Origin: Flavobacteriaceae bacterium
Lineage (GTDB): Bacteria > Bacteroidota > Bacteroidia > Flavobacteriales > Weeksellaceae
NCBI GenBank assembly: GCA_031273305.1
Contig: JAISSC010000225.1
Span: 322 to 64,321, forward strand
Direction: 5' to 3'
Length of the DNA stretch: 64,000 nt
A program made the position numbers and the translations under genes. The notes under the pieces were generated by a model. It did no database searches. It was not told where the DNA came from and saw only the letters and a list, made by a program, of their open reading frames with translations. Shown here one piece after another: positions 42,679 to 51,545 of the stretch; within the stretch, counting starts at the first letter, position 1; each line of letters starts with the position of its first letter.

Positions 42679-43902
42679 ATGCAAACATATCAGGAAATTT
42701 TAGAATGGTTATATTCTCAAGTCTCTAACTATCAGAATGTTGGAAGTTCTGCTTATAAACCCGGATTTAAAAATATTCTACAATTATGTCATATCTTAAA
42801 CAACCCGCAAAAAAAGTTTAAATCCGTACATATAGCCGGAACCAACGGAAAGGGAAGTACTTCCAATATGACCGCATCTATTTTAAAATCAGCGGGATAT
42901 AAAGTAGGACTGTTTACCTCTCCCCATCTGAAAAACTTCACTGAACGTATCAGGGTAAATGGAGAAGAGTGCCCTCCGGACTTTGTACATGATTTTTTAG
43001 TAAAAATAAAGTCGCATTTCACGGAAGAATTTAATCCCTCGTTTTTTGAATTAACCACAGCTATGGCATTTGAATACTTTGCCCGACAAAAGGTAGATAT
43101 TGCAGTGATTGAGGTAGGACTAGGCGGAAGGCTGGATTCCACCAACAGTATATCACCTGAAGTATGTGCTATTACCAGTGTTTCTATGGATCATACAGAC
43201 TTGTTGGGAGATACTTTGGAGAAAATCGCAATGGAAAAAGCCGGTATCATTAAGTCCGGTGTTCCGGTTGTGATAGGAGAAGAAAAACCGAATATCAAAA
43301 CGCTGCTTATCGATGTGGCTAAAAGCAGAAATGCCGAATATGTAGATGCAACCCGGATTCAGGTAACCTATCCATCGGACTTAATCGGGGTATATCAGGA
43401 ACAAAATAAGAAAACTACGTTGGGAATCATTCGGGTTTTACAGGATAAAGGTTTTAACATCTCCGAAAATAATATAACCGACGGATTTCTCCACGTGCAA
43501 AAAAATATGAATTTCCGTGGAAGATGGGATATATTACAAAAAGAAAAACCGATGATCGTTTGTGATACCGCTCACAATGAGGATGGATTCAGGCAGTTGT
43601 CACAACAATTCAAAAAATTGCAGTATGATAAATTGCGGATTGTTATAGGGTTTGTAAAAGGTAAAGATTTGGATAAAATACTTCCCCTGCTACCTGAGGA
43701 CGCCGTTTATTATTTCGTTAAACCGAATATACCAAGAGGCTTGCATCCAAATCAATACGAGGATAAGATAAAATTATTTTTTAAAGATTATCAGACATTC
43801 GACACGGCAGAAGAAGGATTTAAAACCGCAAAGAAAGAGGCTCTAAAAGATGATGTAATTTTTGTGGGAGGGAGTAATTTTGTGGTAGCGGAATTTTTTT
43901 AA
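42679..43902 (+). CDS. folC: Folylpolyglutamate synthase / dihydrofolate synthase
   Basis: HIAGTNGKGST, FTSPHL..FTERI, EVGLGGRLDSTN, EKAGIIK, GRW, DTAHN. Confidence 0.97.
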   Translation: MQTYQEILEWLYSQVSNYQNVGSSAYKPGFKNILQLCHILNNPQKKFKSVHIAGTNGKGSTSNMTASILKSAGYKVGLFTSPHLKNFTERIRVNGEECPPDFVHDFLVKIKSHFTEEFNPSFFELTTAMAFEYFARQKVDIAVIEVGLGGRLDSTNSISPEVCAITSVSMDHTDLLGDTLEKIAMEKAGIIKSGVPVVIGEEKPNIKTLLIDVAKSRNAEYVDATRIQVTYPSDLIGVYQEQNKKTTLGIIRVLQDKGFNISENNITDGFLHVQKNMNFRGRWDILQKEKPMIVCDTAHNEDGFRQLSQQFKKLQYDKLRIVIGFVKGKDLDKILPLLPEDAVYYFVKPNIPRGLHPNQYEDKIKLFFKDYQTFDTAEEGFKTAKKEALKDDVIFVGGSNFVVAEFF

Positions 43903-43995
43903 TAAAATGTTTGCAGGAATAAAAAATGAACGTATATTTGCAATCCAATTACAAAACAAAGTAAAATTAAGGCTCTTATACATCTTTGTTTTTAT

Positions 43996-44070
43996 GGGCG
44001 ATTAGCTCAGCTGGTTCAGAGCACCTGCCTTACAAGCAGGGGGTCGCAGGTTCGAACCCTGCATCGCCCA
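43996..44070 (+). tRNA. tRNA-Val(TAC)
   Basis: gggcgat/atcgccc acceptor stem, cctgc-ct-TAC-aa-gcagg anticodon arm, ggttcgaac T loop; CCA not encoded. Confidence 0.97.
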
Positions 44071-44117
44071 CGATGATATAAACCTTACTTTTTCAGTAAA
44101 GGTTTTTTTGTTGGTAC

Positions 44118-44188
44118 AGACCCATGGTGTAACGGTAGCACACCGGTTTTTGGTACCGTTTGTCGGGGTTCGAATCCCTGTGGGTCTA
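44118..44188 (+). tRNA. tRNA-Gln(TTG)
   Basis: agaccca/tgggtct acceptor stem, cggt-tt-TTG-gt-accg anticodon arm, ggttcgaat T loop. Confidence 0.95.
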
Positions 44189-44284
44189 CAAGATAATTAA
44201 TTGAGTAAAAGTATTTGTTAGGTTTATAAAAATGTTTTACATTTGCAGCCGCAAATAGATAATGACAAAGAAAGATATTAAAAA

Positions 44285-44539
44285 ATGGCAAACCATAAGT
44301 CAGCATTAAAAAGAGTAAGGCAAAACCATGTAAGGAGGTTGCGCAACAAGTATTATCATAAGTCGACTCGAACAGCAATTAAAGAGTTAAGAGATGAGAC
44401 GGATAAATCTGTTGCAACGGAAAAACTACCTTCTGTTTTTTCCCAGATTGATAAGTTAGCAAAGAGAAATATTATTCATAAGAATAAGGCAGCTAATTTA
44501 AAGTCAAAATTAAGTAAGTTTGTAAACACACTGGCGTAA
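44285..44539 (+). CDS. rpsT: 30S ribosomal protein S20
   Basis: MANHKSALKR...IIHKNKAANLKSKL. Confidence 0.98.
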   Translation: MANHKSALKRVRQNHVRRLRNKYYHKSTRTAIKELRDETDKSVATEKLPSVFSQIDKLAKRNIIHKNKAANLKSKLSKFVNTLA

Positions 44540-44549
44540 AAAAATAGTA

Positions 44550-44621
44550 GGCCCGTTCGTCTATCGGTTAGGACCTCAGATTTTCATTCTGGTAAGAGGG
44601 GTTCGATTCCCCTACGGGCTA
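44550..44621 (+). tRNA. tRNA-Glu(TTC)
   Basis: ggcccgt/acgggct acceptor stem, tcaga-tt-TTC-at-tctgg anticodon arm, ggttcgatt T loop. Confidence 0.96.
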
Positions 44622-44631
44622 CAACCATAAC

Positions 44632-44668
44632 AACCCAAAGCATTGGAAATAAATGTTTTGGGTTTTTT
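44632..44668 (+). terminator. Hairpin/terminator after tRNA-Glu
   Basis: aacccaaagcatt/aatgttttgggtt followed by a T-run. Confidence 0.7.
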
Positions 44669-44803
44669 AATTTAGAGATTATACCACAGGAGAAGGAAGT
44701 TTAGGAGAATAGCCTTAGAAATGTTAAATTTGGAACATCATTAATTTATTCTTATCCCTCCATCGGGGTAATGCCTTTATATGAATAAAAAAAGCGATAT
44801 ACA

Positions 44804-45241
44804 ATGAAGAAAGAAGATTATTGGGAGGGAATATATTGGTCGAAAAAGGATAAAACGATTCTTCGTCTTATTTTTGGCACTCCGTTGGTATTAGGTATTA
44901 TCTTTATAATTTACAATTTCGTTTTTGGTAAAAGTGGAAAAGAATCGTTTTTAGAAGAAAAGAGTAAATTATATTTTAATGGAAAAATAGTATCTGAATA
45001 TAGACAGTGGGAGCATAATATTAAGGTAGCAGTTTTAAATGATGGATATGAGTATCCACTTATGGGAGAATGGGAAAAATTTATCCATATAGGAGATTCA
45101 ATAAGTAAGGAGAAAGACAGTTTATATATAATCCTGATAAATGGAACAACAGGAGAAAGGCTTAAATTGGATTACAGAGAAGCAGTAAAGAAATGGAGAA
45201 GTGATTTTATACAAAGAAGAATGAGGGAAGAAGCAAAATGA
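44804..45241 (+). CDS. Single-TM hypothetical protein downstream of tRNA-Glu
   Basis: 145-aa ORF; one N-terminal hydrophobic helix, soluble beta-rich C-terminus (IHIGDSISKEKDS). Confidence 0.75.
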   Translation: MKKEDYWEGIYWSKKDKTILRLIFGTPLVLGIIFIIYNFVFGKSGKESFLEEKSKLYFNGKIVSEYRQWEHNIKVAVLNDGYEYPLMGEWEKFIHIGDSISKEKDSLYIILINGTTGERLKLDYREAVKKWRSDFIQRRMREEAK

Positions 45242-45253
45242 CACCAAAATAAG

Positions 45254-45390
45254 TTTGATGTTATTTTATTTACATCTACAAACTTTGTGGGTCAAAAATT
45301 GGTAAAAATGATCCTCAAACTTATTTGATGTTATTTTATTTACATCTATAAACTTTGTGTATCAAAAATTAATAAAAATGATACTCAAAC
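45254..45390 (+). repeat. Tandem direct repeat, 67-bp unit with 70-bp period
   Basis: 45254-45320 vs 45324-45390, 6 mismatches. Confidence 0.9.
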
Positions 45391-45435
45391 ATGAATTGCA
45401 AGGTGTGTTATTGTCGGACAAAAAATACCAAAAAT

Positions 45436-45464
45436 AAAAAGCCATTTTTAAAAAACGGCTTTTT
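45436..45464. terminator. Probable bidirectional terminator downstream of acs
   Basis: aaaaagcc/ggcttttt with A- and T-runs on both sides. Confidence 0.6.
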
Positions 45465-45486
45465 ATACTTTATAATGCGTGGAATC

Positions 45487-48400
45487 CTAAAGTCGGGTTT
45501 TTATAATCTGTTCTACTACTTCCGGATTAACCAAAGTAGAAATATCCCCTAAACCGTCCAGTTCATTGGAAGCGATTTTTCTCAATATCCTTCGCATAAT
45601 CTTCCCGGAGCGGGTTCTTGGCAAACCGGGAACGAACTGAATTTTATCCAGTTTTGCAATAGGACCAATAGTACGGGAGATTCTCGCCTGTATCTCTTTT
45701 TTTACATCTTCTTCATTCTCCGGGCTTTCATAAGTAATAACAAAGGCATACAGAGCATTTCCTTTAATATCATGAGGAAAACCTACCACAGCCGATTCTG
45801 TAATCAGATAGTGTTCATTGATTACGTTTTCAATCGGGGCTGTTCCCAGATTATGACCGGATACTATAATTACATCATCCACCCTGCCCGTAATACGGTA
45901 ATTACCATTAGTATCCCGTAATGCTCCGTCTCCGGTAAAGTATTTTCCTTTATAGGCAGAGAAATAAGTATCTATATACCGTTGGTGGTCTCCATAAATA
46001 GTCCTTGCCATTCCTGGCCATGGAAACTTAACGCATAAATTGCCTTCTCCATTGGCAGATTCCAACTCCACTCCCTCACTGTCTACCAGACAAGGCTGAA
46101 TACCCGGAAGCGGTTGGGTTGCAAAGGTTGGTTTGGTTGTAGTAATCCCGGCTAAAGGAGCAATCATAATACCTCCTGTTTCCGTTTGCCACCATGTATC
46201 TGCAATCGGACAGTTGCCTTTTCCTATCTTATCATTATACCAATGCCATGCCTCTTCATTAATCGGTTCTCCTACGGAGCCTAATACCTTTAATGAACTC
46301 AAATCATGATCTTCCACAAAATGCAGAGGCTGAGCTTCTAAAGACCGTATTGCCGTAGGAGCCGTATAGAAATGAGTTACTCTGTATTTTTCCACTATCG
46401 CCCAGAATCTTCCGAAATTCGGGTATGAAGGAGTTCCTTCAAACATAATGGAGGTTACTCCGGAGCATAACGGAGCATATACGATAAACGAATGTCCGGT
46501 GATCCATCCAATATCTGCGGTACAGAAATATACATCGTCCGGTTCTCCGATTTGGAATACGTTTTTAAACGAATAGGTAGTATAAACCATATATCCTCCG
46601 CAAGTGTGAACCATTCCTTTCGGCTTCCCTGTGGAACCGGAAGTATAAAGGATAAATAGCGGGTCTTCCGCATCCATTTCTTCTGCCGTGCATTCCGGGC
46701 TTGCTTCTTTCATCAGGTCATGCCACCACAGGTCTCGGTTAGGAGCCATCATTATCGGCTTGTTGGAGCGGTTATATACAATAACACTTTCTATCGACGG
46801 AGTAGTTTCCAGAGCTTCGTTGGCAATTCCCTTTAAATCTACATATTTATTTCCTCTGTAATTTCCGTCACAGGTAATTAACATTTTACATTCGGAATCA
46901 ATAATTCTGGCGGCTAATGCTGAGGAGGAGAATCCCGCAAATACTACGGAATGTACGGCTCCTATGCGTGCACAGGCTAACAGACTGATCTCCAATTCGG
47001 GAATCATGGGGAGATAGATACATACCCTGTCTCCTTTCCTTATTCCTTTGCCTTTCAGCACATTTGCCAATTTGCAGACTTCTGCATGTAGTTCTTTATA
47101 GGTAAACGTACGATTCGGTTCTTCGGGGTTATTGGATTCCCAGATTACGGCGATTTTATCCGGATTGTGTTTCAAATGACGATCCAGACAATTTTCGGTA
47201 ATATTCAGCTTACCTCCCGTAAACCATTTGAAATCCGCTTTTTCAAAGTTGTATTCCAATACGGACTTCCACAGTTTTCTCCATGTAAAGGTCTGGGCAA
47301 TTTCTCCCCAAAACTGTTCGGGTTGATCCAGACTTATATCGTAGATTCGTTCGTAATCCGTTCTGTTCTTCACTACTAAATCATCAATGGTCTTTTCCCT
47401 GACGGCTACTTTGGTAACATTTTCTAACTCAAAATCCTGTTGAATTTCATAAATAACGGATGGATTTTTAGTTGTATCCGGAATGGAAAATTCCTCTCCG
47501 TCTGCAATCTTTCGGATAATATCCCGCAGAATATTTCCTGATTTTGTCTTTGGCAACCGTTTTACAAAAACCACCTGCTTTAAATCGGAATTGAACCCCA
47601 GTTTTTCCACCACCCTTCTTCTCAACTCTTCTGTTAGCCGGAAAGGGTCGGCTTGTTCAAAGGCTTTGATAACCGCAACGGCTACCACTGCCTGTCCTTT
47701 GATGGCGTCTTTGATACCTATAACGGCAACTTCTGAAATTTTCGGATGACTTTTTATAATGTTCTCTATTTCCAACACGGAAAGTCTTTGCCCTGCCACA
47801 TTGATTATATCTCCTAAACTTCCTGTGGTATAAAAGTTTCCGTTCGTATCCTGAAATCCGGCACCTCCGGTATTATAATATTCAACTAATTTCTCCGAAA
47901 CAAACTGATCTTCAGGCTTGTTATTCAATATAAAACTGAAAGAACCGGGAGGAAGCGGTTTGGATGCCGCAATAATTCCCATTTTTCCGTCTTCTGCTAT
48001 CGTTCCTTCTCCTGTTACTATCTTCATATCGAAACCTCTTACGGGTTTCCCTATCGAATCGGGAAGTATATCCGTTTCTCCTGCATTTATCTCTTTCCCC
48101 AATAACGGCCAGGCTCCTTCGGAATGCCACCATAAATTGGTAATGGCTACTCCGGTCTCATTTTTCAGCCATTCTATGACCTCTTTCCCCGAATCTTCGC
48201 CTGAAAGTACAATCCGATTGAGGCTGTCCTGAGAATAGCGACGTAGGTATTGAACTTCCGTATCTGCATTCATAATCTTTCTCAGATTGGTTTGCGGAGT
48301 GAATAAAACATTTACCTTATTTTCCTGAATAATTTTCCAGTATGAGCCGGGATCGGGAGTACGGGTGGAACTTCCCTCATAGATTATGGAGGGGCTACGG

Positions 48401-49275
48401 TTAATCATCGGGGCTAAAACCATAAAACTATGGCTTATTCCTCCTCCTATGTCGAAAGCCGTAAAAAGGGTTTCGTCCGGCTGACATTTTATACTATTGG
48501 TCATTACTTCTTTTAAAGCCACTGCATAATCTCCTGTATTATAAACGGCTCCTCTGGCATTTCCTTTGACTCCCGAAGTATATAATATGTAAGACGGAGA
48601 ATCTGATCTTACTTCTACATAGTTTTGCGGAGCGGAGCTTTCAACCAATTCATCAAAATCTATATCATAAGAATTATTGGCATGCATAAATCCTAATTTC
48701 CTGTTGTATAACAGTACATGTTCGGGAGAATGACCGGAGCGGGAAATGGCTTTATCCACAATCGGTTTATAGGAAATAATCCTGTCAACATCAATGCTTG
48801 AAGTGGCTGTTATGATTAGTTTTGGCTTGCAATCTTCGATACGGAGAGTGAGTTCACTGGCAGAATACCCGCTGTAAACTACGGAAAATGTAATACCGAG
48901 CCTTGCACAGGCTAAAATTGAAAAAGCGGTTTGCGGAATCATCGGCATATATATCAACACGACGTCTCCTTGTTTTAGCCCTAGTTTTTTAAGTCCACCC
49001 GCTAATTTCTCTACCTGCTCTTTTACCTGATTATAGGTATATTTTGCCTTCGTCTGAGTTACCGGTGAATCGAAAATAAACGCAATATTTTCTCCGTATC
49101 CGTCTTCGATATGCTTATCTATACATAAATAAGATAAATTGGTTACTCCGTCTCCAAACCAGACCTCTTTTCCTTCCTCACAGGAATAAAAAGTCTGTGG
49201 AGGACTAAACCATGATATTTTATTCGCTTCATTCATCCAGTACTCCTGAATGGTCGTTAATTCCTTTGTTTCCAT
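45487..49275 (-). CDS. acs: Tandem acyl-CoA synthetase: degenerate PrpE/Acs-like module fused to an intact acetyl-CoA synthetase
   Basis: C-module has YTSGSTGKPKG, WWQTETGG, TGDGA, GRVDD, PRTRSGK; N-module has the same order of motifs but they are altered. Confidence 0.9.
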   Translation of the reverse strand: METKELTTIQEYWMNEANKISWFSPPQTFYSCEEGKEVWFGDGVTNLSYLCIDKHIEDGYGENIAFIFDSPVTQTKAKYTYNQVKEQVEKLAGGLKKLGLKQGDVVLIYMPMIPQTAFSILACARLGITFSVVYSGYSASELTLRIEDCKPKLIITATSSIDVDRIISYKPIVDKAISRSGHSPEHVLLYNRKLGFMHANNSYDIDFDELVESSAPQNYVEVRSDSPSYILYTSGVKGNARGAVYNTGDYAVALKEVMTNSIKCQPDETLFTAFDIGGGISHSFMVLAPMINRSPSIIYEGSSTRTPDPGSYWKIIQENKVNVLFTPQTNLRKIMNADTEVQYLRRYSQDSLNRIVLSGEDSGKEVIEWLKNETGVAITNLWWHSEGAWPLLGKEINAGETDILPDSIGKPVRGFDMKIVTGEGTIAEDGKMGIIAASKPLPPGSFSFILNNKPEDQFVSEKLVEYYNTGGAGFQDTNGNFYTTGSLGDIINVAGQRLSVLEIENIIKSHPKISEVAVIGIKDAIKGQAVVAVAVIKAFEQADPFRLTEELRRRVVEKLGFNSDLKQVVFVKRLPKTKSGNILRDIIRKIADGEEFSIPDTTKNPSVIYEIQQDFELENVTKVAVREKTIDDLVVKNRTDYERIYDISLDQPEQFWGEIAQTFTWRKLWKSVLEYNFEKADFKWFTGGKLNITENCLDRHLKHNPDKIAVIWESNNPEEPNRTFTYKELHAEVCKLANVLKGKGIRKGDRVCIYLPMIPELEISLLACARIGAVHSVVFAGFSSSALAARIIDSECKMLITCDGNYRGNKYVDLKGIANEALETTPSIESVIVYNRSNKPIMMAPNRDLWWHDLMKEASPECTAEEMDAEDPLFILYTSGSTGKPKGMVHTCGGYMVYTTYSFKNVFQIGEPDDVYFCTADIGWITGHSFIVYAPLCSGVTSIMFEGTPSYPNFGRFWAIVEKYRVTHFYTAPTAIRSLEAQPLHFVEDHDLSSLKVLGSVGEPINEEAWHWYNDKIGKGNCPIADTWWQTETGGIMIAPLAGITTTKPTFATQPLPGIQPCLVDSEGVELESANGEGNLCVKFPWPGMARTIYGDHQRYIDTYFSAYKGKYFTGDGALRDTNGNYRITGRVDDVIIVSGHNLGTAPIENVINEHYLITESAVVGFPHDIKGNALYAFVITYESPENEEDVKKEIQARISRTIGPIAKLDKIQFVPGLPRTRSGKIMRRILRKIASNELDGLGDISTLVNPEVVEQIIKTRL

Positions 49276-49709
49276 CTTTTTGATTATAGTTTATTTGTTT
49301 GTTTTCAATAATTTTAACCTAAAAATATGAATATACTGTAAAAAAACCAAAAAAAATTTAATTATTACATCACTTATTCAAAAAAACTATTTGTTTTTTA
49401 GATATATTTTTTATGGAATTTATTGTTTTCCTTAATATTTATACCTGTTTTACATGACAAATATCATAAAAAAATAAGGTTTTCCGATTATTATCCAATT
49501 TTAATTTTATTAATTTACATTAATAAAGCTGCCTTCTTTATTAAATTAAGGTAAAAAAGCATCTGAAATAACAAATGCTTTTCAATTTGATGGTATATGT
49601 ATAAAACGGTAGCATATGGAGTATAAAGGTATTTATGGATTTCCCGGATAAAAAACGGATGAATTTGAGTTGGGGTAGGTTTAAATAACGTGAGTTCGGG
49701 ATAAGAACG

Positions 49710-49740
49710 TTGCTCGGCTTTGCTTCGCAAAGCCGAGCAA
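49710..49740. repeat. Perfect GC-rich palindrome
   Basis: ttgctcggctttgc-ttc-gcaaagccgagcaa, 14-bp perfect stem. Confidence 0.85.
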
Positions 49741-49879
49741 TATATTGATATACAATAAATTAGCCTGCGAATCCCGTTAGGGATTCAAGCTCGGTAGAAT
49801 GAGGGTAATCGTCATGGTGTCCGGCGTGCCGTCACCTTATATTTGCATTATGATAGGTACGCGACAATGATAACGCACA

Positions 49880-49995
49880 GAGATGCCCAAGTTGGGACGT
49901 CCCTACACGGATAGCCCGACCCGATAGTGGCACGCTCAAATTAAAAAACAAGTGTATAACCTAACTAAATGTTGCTCTCATTTGTTGAATCTGAG
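49880..49995 (-). repeat. Second copy of the Flavo-1-like/REP composite element
   Basis: Reverse complement aligns with 42240-42343, including a 31-nt identical core and a weaker upstream flank. Confidence 0.75.
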
Positions 49996-50022
49996 AGGTT
50001 TTAATGCATAAAGTTTTCGTGA

Positions 50023-51342
50023 TTAATATCCGAACAACTTACTATTCAGAGCCTGCAAGGCTTCTTTTTTGTATTTACTGTCAATGACTACGGAAATATT
50101 GTGTTCGCTTCCGCCATAGGAAATCATATGTAGGGGAATGTTTTCGAAAGCATCCAGTATTTTTACACCATAACCGGCATCGCTTTTAGTAATATTCCCG
50201 ACAATTGCAATAATAGTACGGTCTTTTTCCACTTCCACATTAGCAATTTCTTTCAGTTCCGCAACAATATGATCCAGACTGGAGGCATTGTCAATGGTAA
50301 GAGATACGGCTACTTCCGAAGTGGTTATCATATCTATGGAAGTTCTATACTTATCAAAAATTTCAAAAATAGTCTTAAGGAAACCATACGCCAACAGCAT
50401 TCTCTCACTTTTGATGGTAATTGCATAAATTCCGTCTTTAGCCGCAACTGCCCGGATTCCTCCGGGAGTTTTCAGGTTCCCTATCAAAGTTCCCTTAGCT
50501 TCAGGCTGCATGGTATTTTTCAATGCTACGGGAATATTTCTTTTCTGGGCAGGCAGGATGCAGGTAGGATGCAGGATTTTCGCCCCGAAATAAGCCAATT
50601 CTGCCGCCTCATCAAAACTCAATTCATCCACCGGATGGGTCTTATCCACAAAACGCGGATCGTTATTATGCATTCCGTCAATATCCGTCCATATCTGTAT
50701 CTCTTTCGCTTCAATCACAGCCCCGATAATACAGGCAGTATAATCACTTCCTCCTCTCTGAAGGTTATCTATATCTCCTTGTGCATTTCTACATATATAC
50801 CCCTGTGTAATGAAAACGTTAGAATCAGGGTATTTTTTTAATTCTTCTTTCAGGTGTTCTTCAATGTAGCCCATATCCGGCTCTCCGTCCCGGTTAATTC
50901 TCATAAACTCTAAAGCCGGAAGCAAAATCGACTTTTCTCCCCTCTCGCTCAGATAATAATGAAACAGTGTGGTACTTAGCAATTCTCCTTCTGACAGTAT
51001 GATCTTTTCTTCCTTCTCCGTAAATATCGGAAAGTCTATAAAGGAACGTAAATATCCGAAATGAGAATCGATAAGCTCTTTCCCCTTTTCAAGAATAATT
51101 GGATTCTTATACAAATCCTTAATCTCGGTCTTATATTTACTTTCAAGGGTATTTATCAATTCCTCAGCCTTAAACGTATTCTTTTCATATAAAGCATTGG
51201 ATATTTCGACTAAAGCATTGGTTGTGCCACTCATAGCGGATAACACAACAATCTTAGGTTCCTGACTTTTAATTAGTTCCGCCAGATTTTTAATACGCTC
51301 GGCACTCCCTACACTTGTGCCTCCAAATTTTAGTACTAACAT
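50023..51342 (-). CDS. lysC: Monofunctional aspartate kinase
   Basis: KFGGTSVGS, VLSAMSGTT, LQRGGSDY, WTDIDG, AELAYFGAKILHP, ACT domains. Confidence 0.93.
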   Translation of the reverse strand: MLVLKFGGTSVGSAERIKNLAELIKSQEPKIVVLSAMSGTTNALVEISNALYEKNTFKAEELINTLESKYKTEIKDLYKNPIILEKGKELIDSHFGYLRSFIDFPIFTEKEEKIILSEGELLSTTLFHYYLSERGEKSILLPALEFMRINRDGEPDMGYIEEHLKEELKKYPDSNVFITQGYICRNAQGDIDNLQRGGSDYTACIIGAVIEAKEIQIWTDIDGMHNNDPRFVDKTHPVDELSFDEAAELAYFGAKILHPTCILPAQKRNIPVALKNTMQPEAKGTLIGNLKTPGGIRAVAAKDGIYAITIKSERMLLAYGFLKTIFEIFDKYRTSIDMITTSEVAVSLTIDNASSLDHIVAELKEIANVEVEKDRTIIAIVGNITKSDAGYGVKILDAFENIPLHMISYGGSEHNISVVIDSKYKKEALQALNSKLFGY

Positions 51343-51545
51343 TAATTTTTATTATTGCAAAACAAAAATATACATTTTACAGATTATTCCGCATATCTAT
51401 TTATAAAATTATAAAAATTAACTCCTTAATTATCCCCGACAACGCTATTTATCCATCATCACATCTTTAGAAATATCCCTTATTTTAGTTTATCTTACCC
51501 TCCTCCCCGACTCTTCCAATAAAAAATTTCGTAAATTTGTGCTAT

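Noticed and set aside
44085-44378. 97-aa minus-strand ORF
   Set aside because: Antisense to tRNA-Gln and rpsT
45254-45390. Possible mini-CRISPR
   Set aside because: Two adjacent 67-bp units with no unique spacer
49515-49730. 71-aa ORF upstream of acs
   Set aside because: Begins inside a palindrome and runs through AT-rich spacer; probably spurious
50269-50841. 190-aa ORF antisense to lysC, and the many other short antisense ORFs in the track
   Set aside because: Fully nested opposite well-supported genes, with no motifs of their own
51343-51545. Lysine riboswitch before lysC
   Set aside because: A promoter box lies about 20 nt from the start, leaving no room, and no recognisable consensus is present
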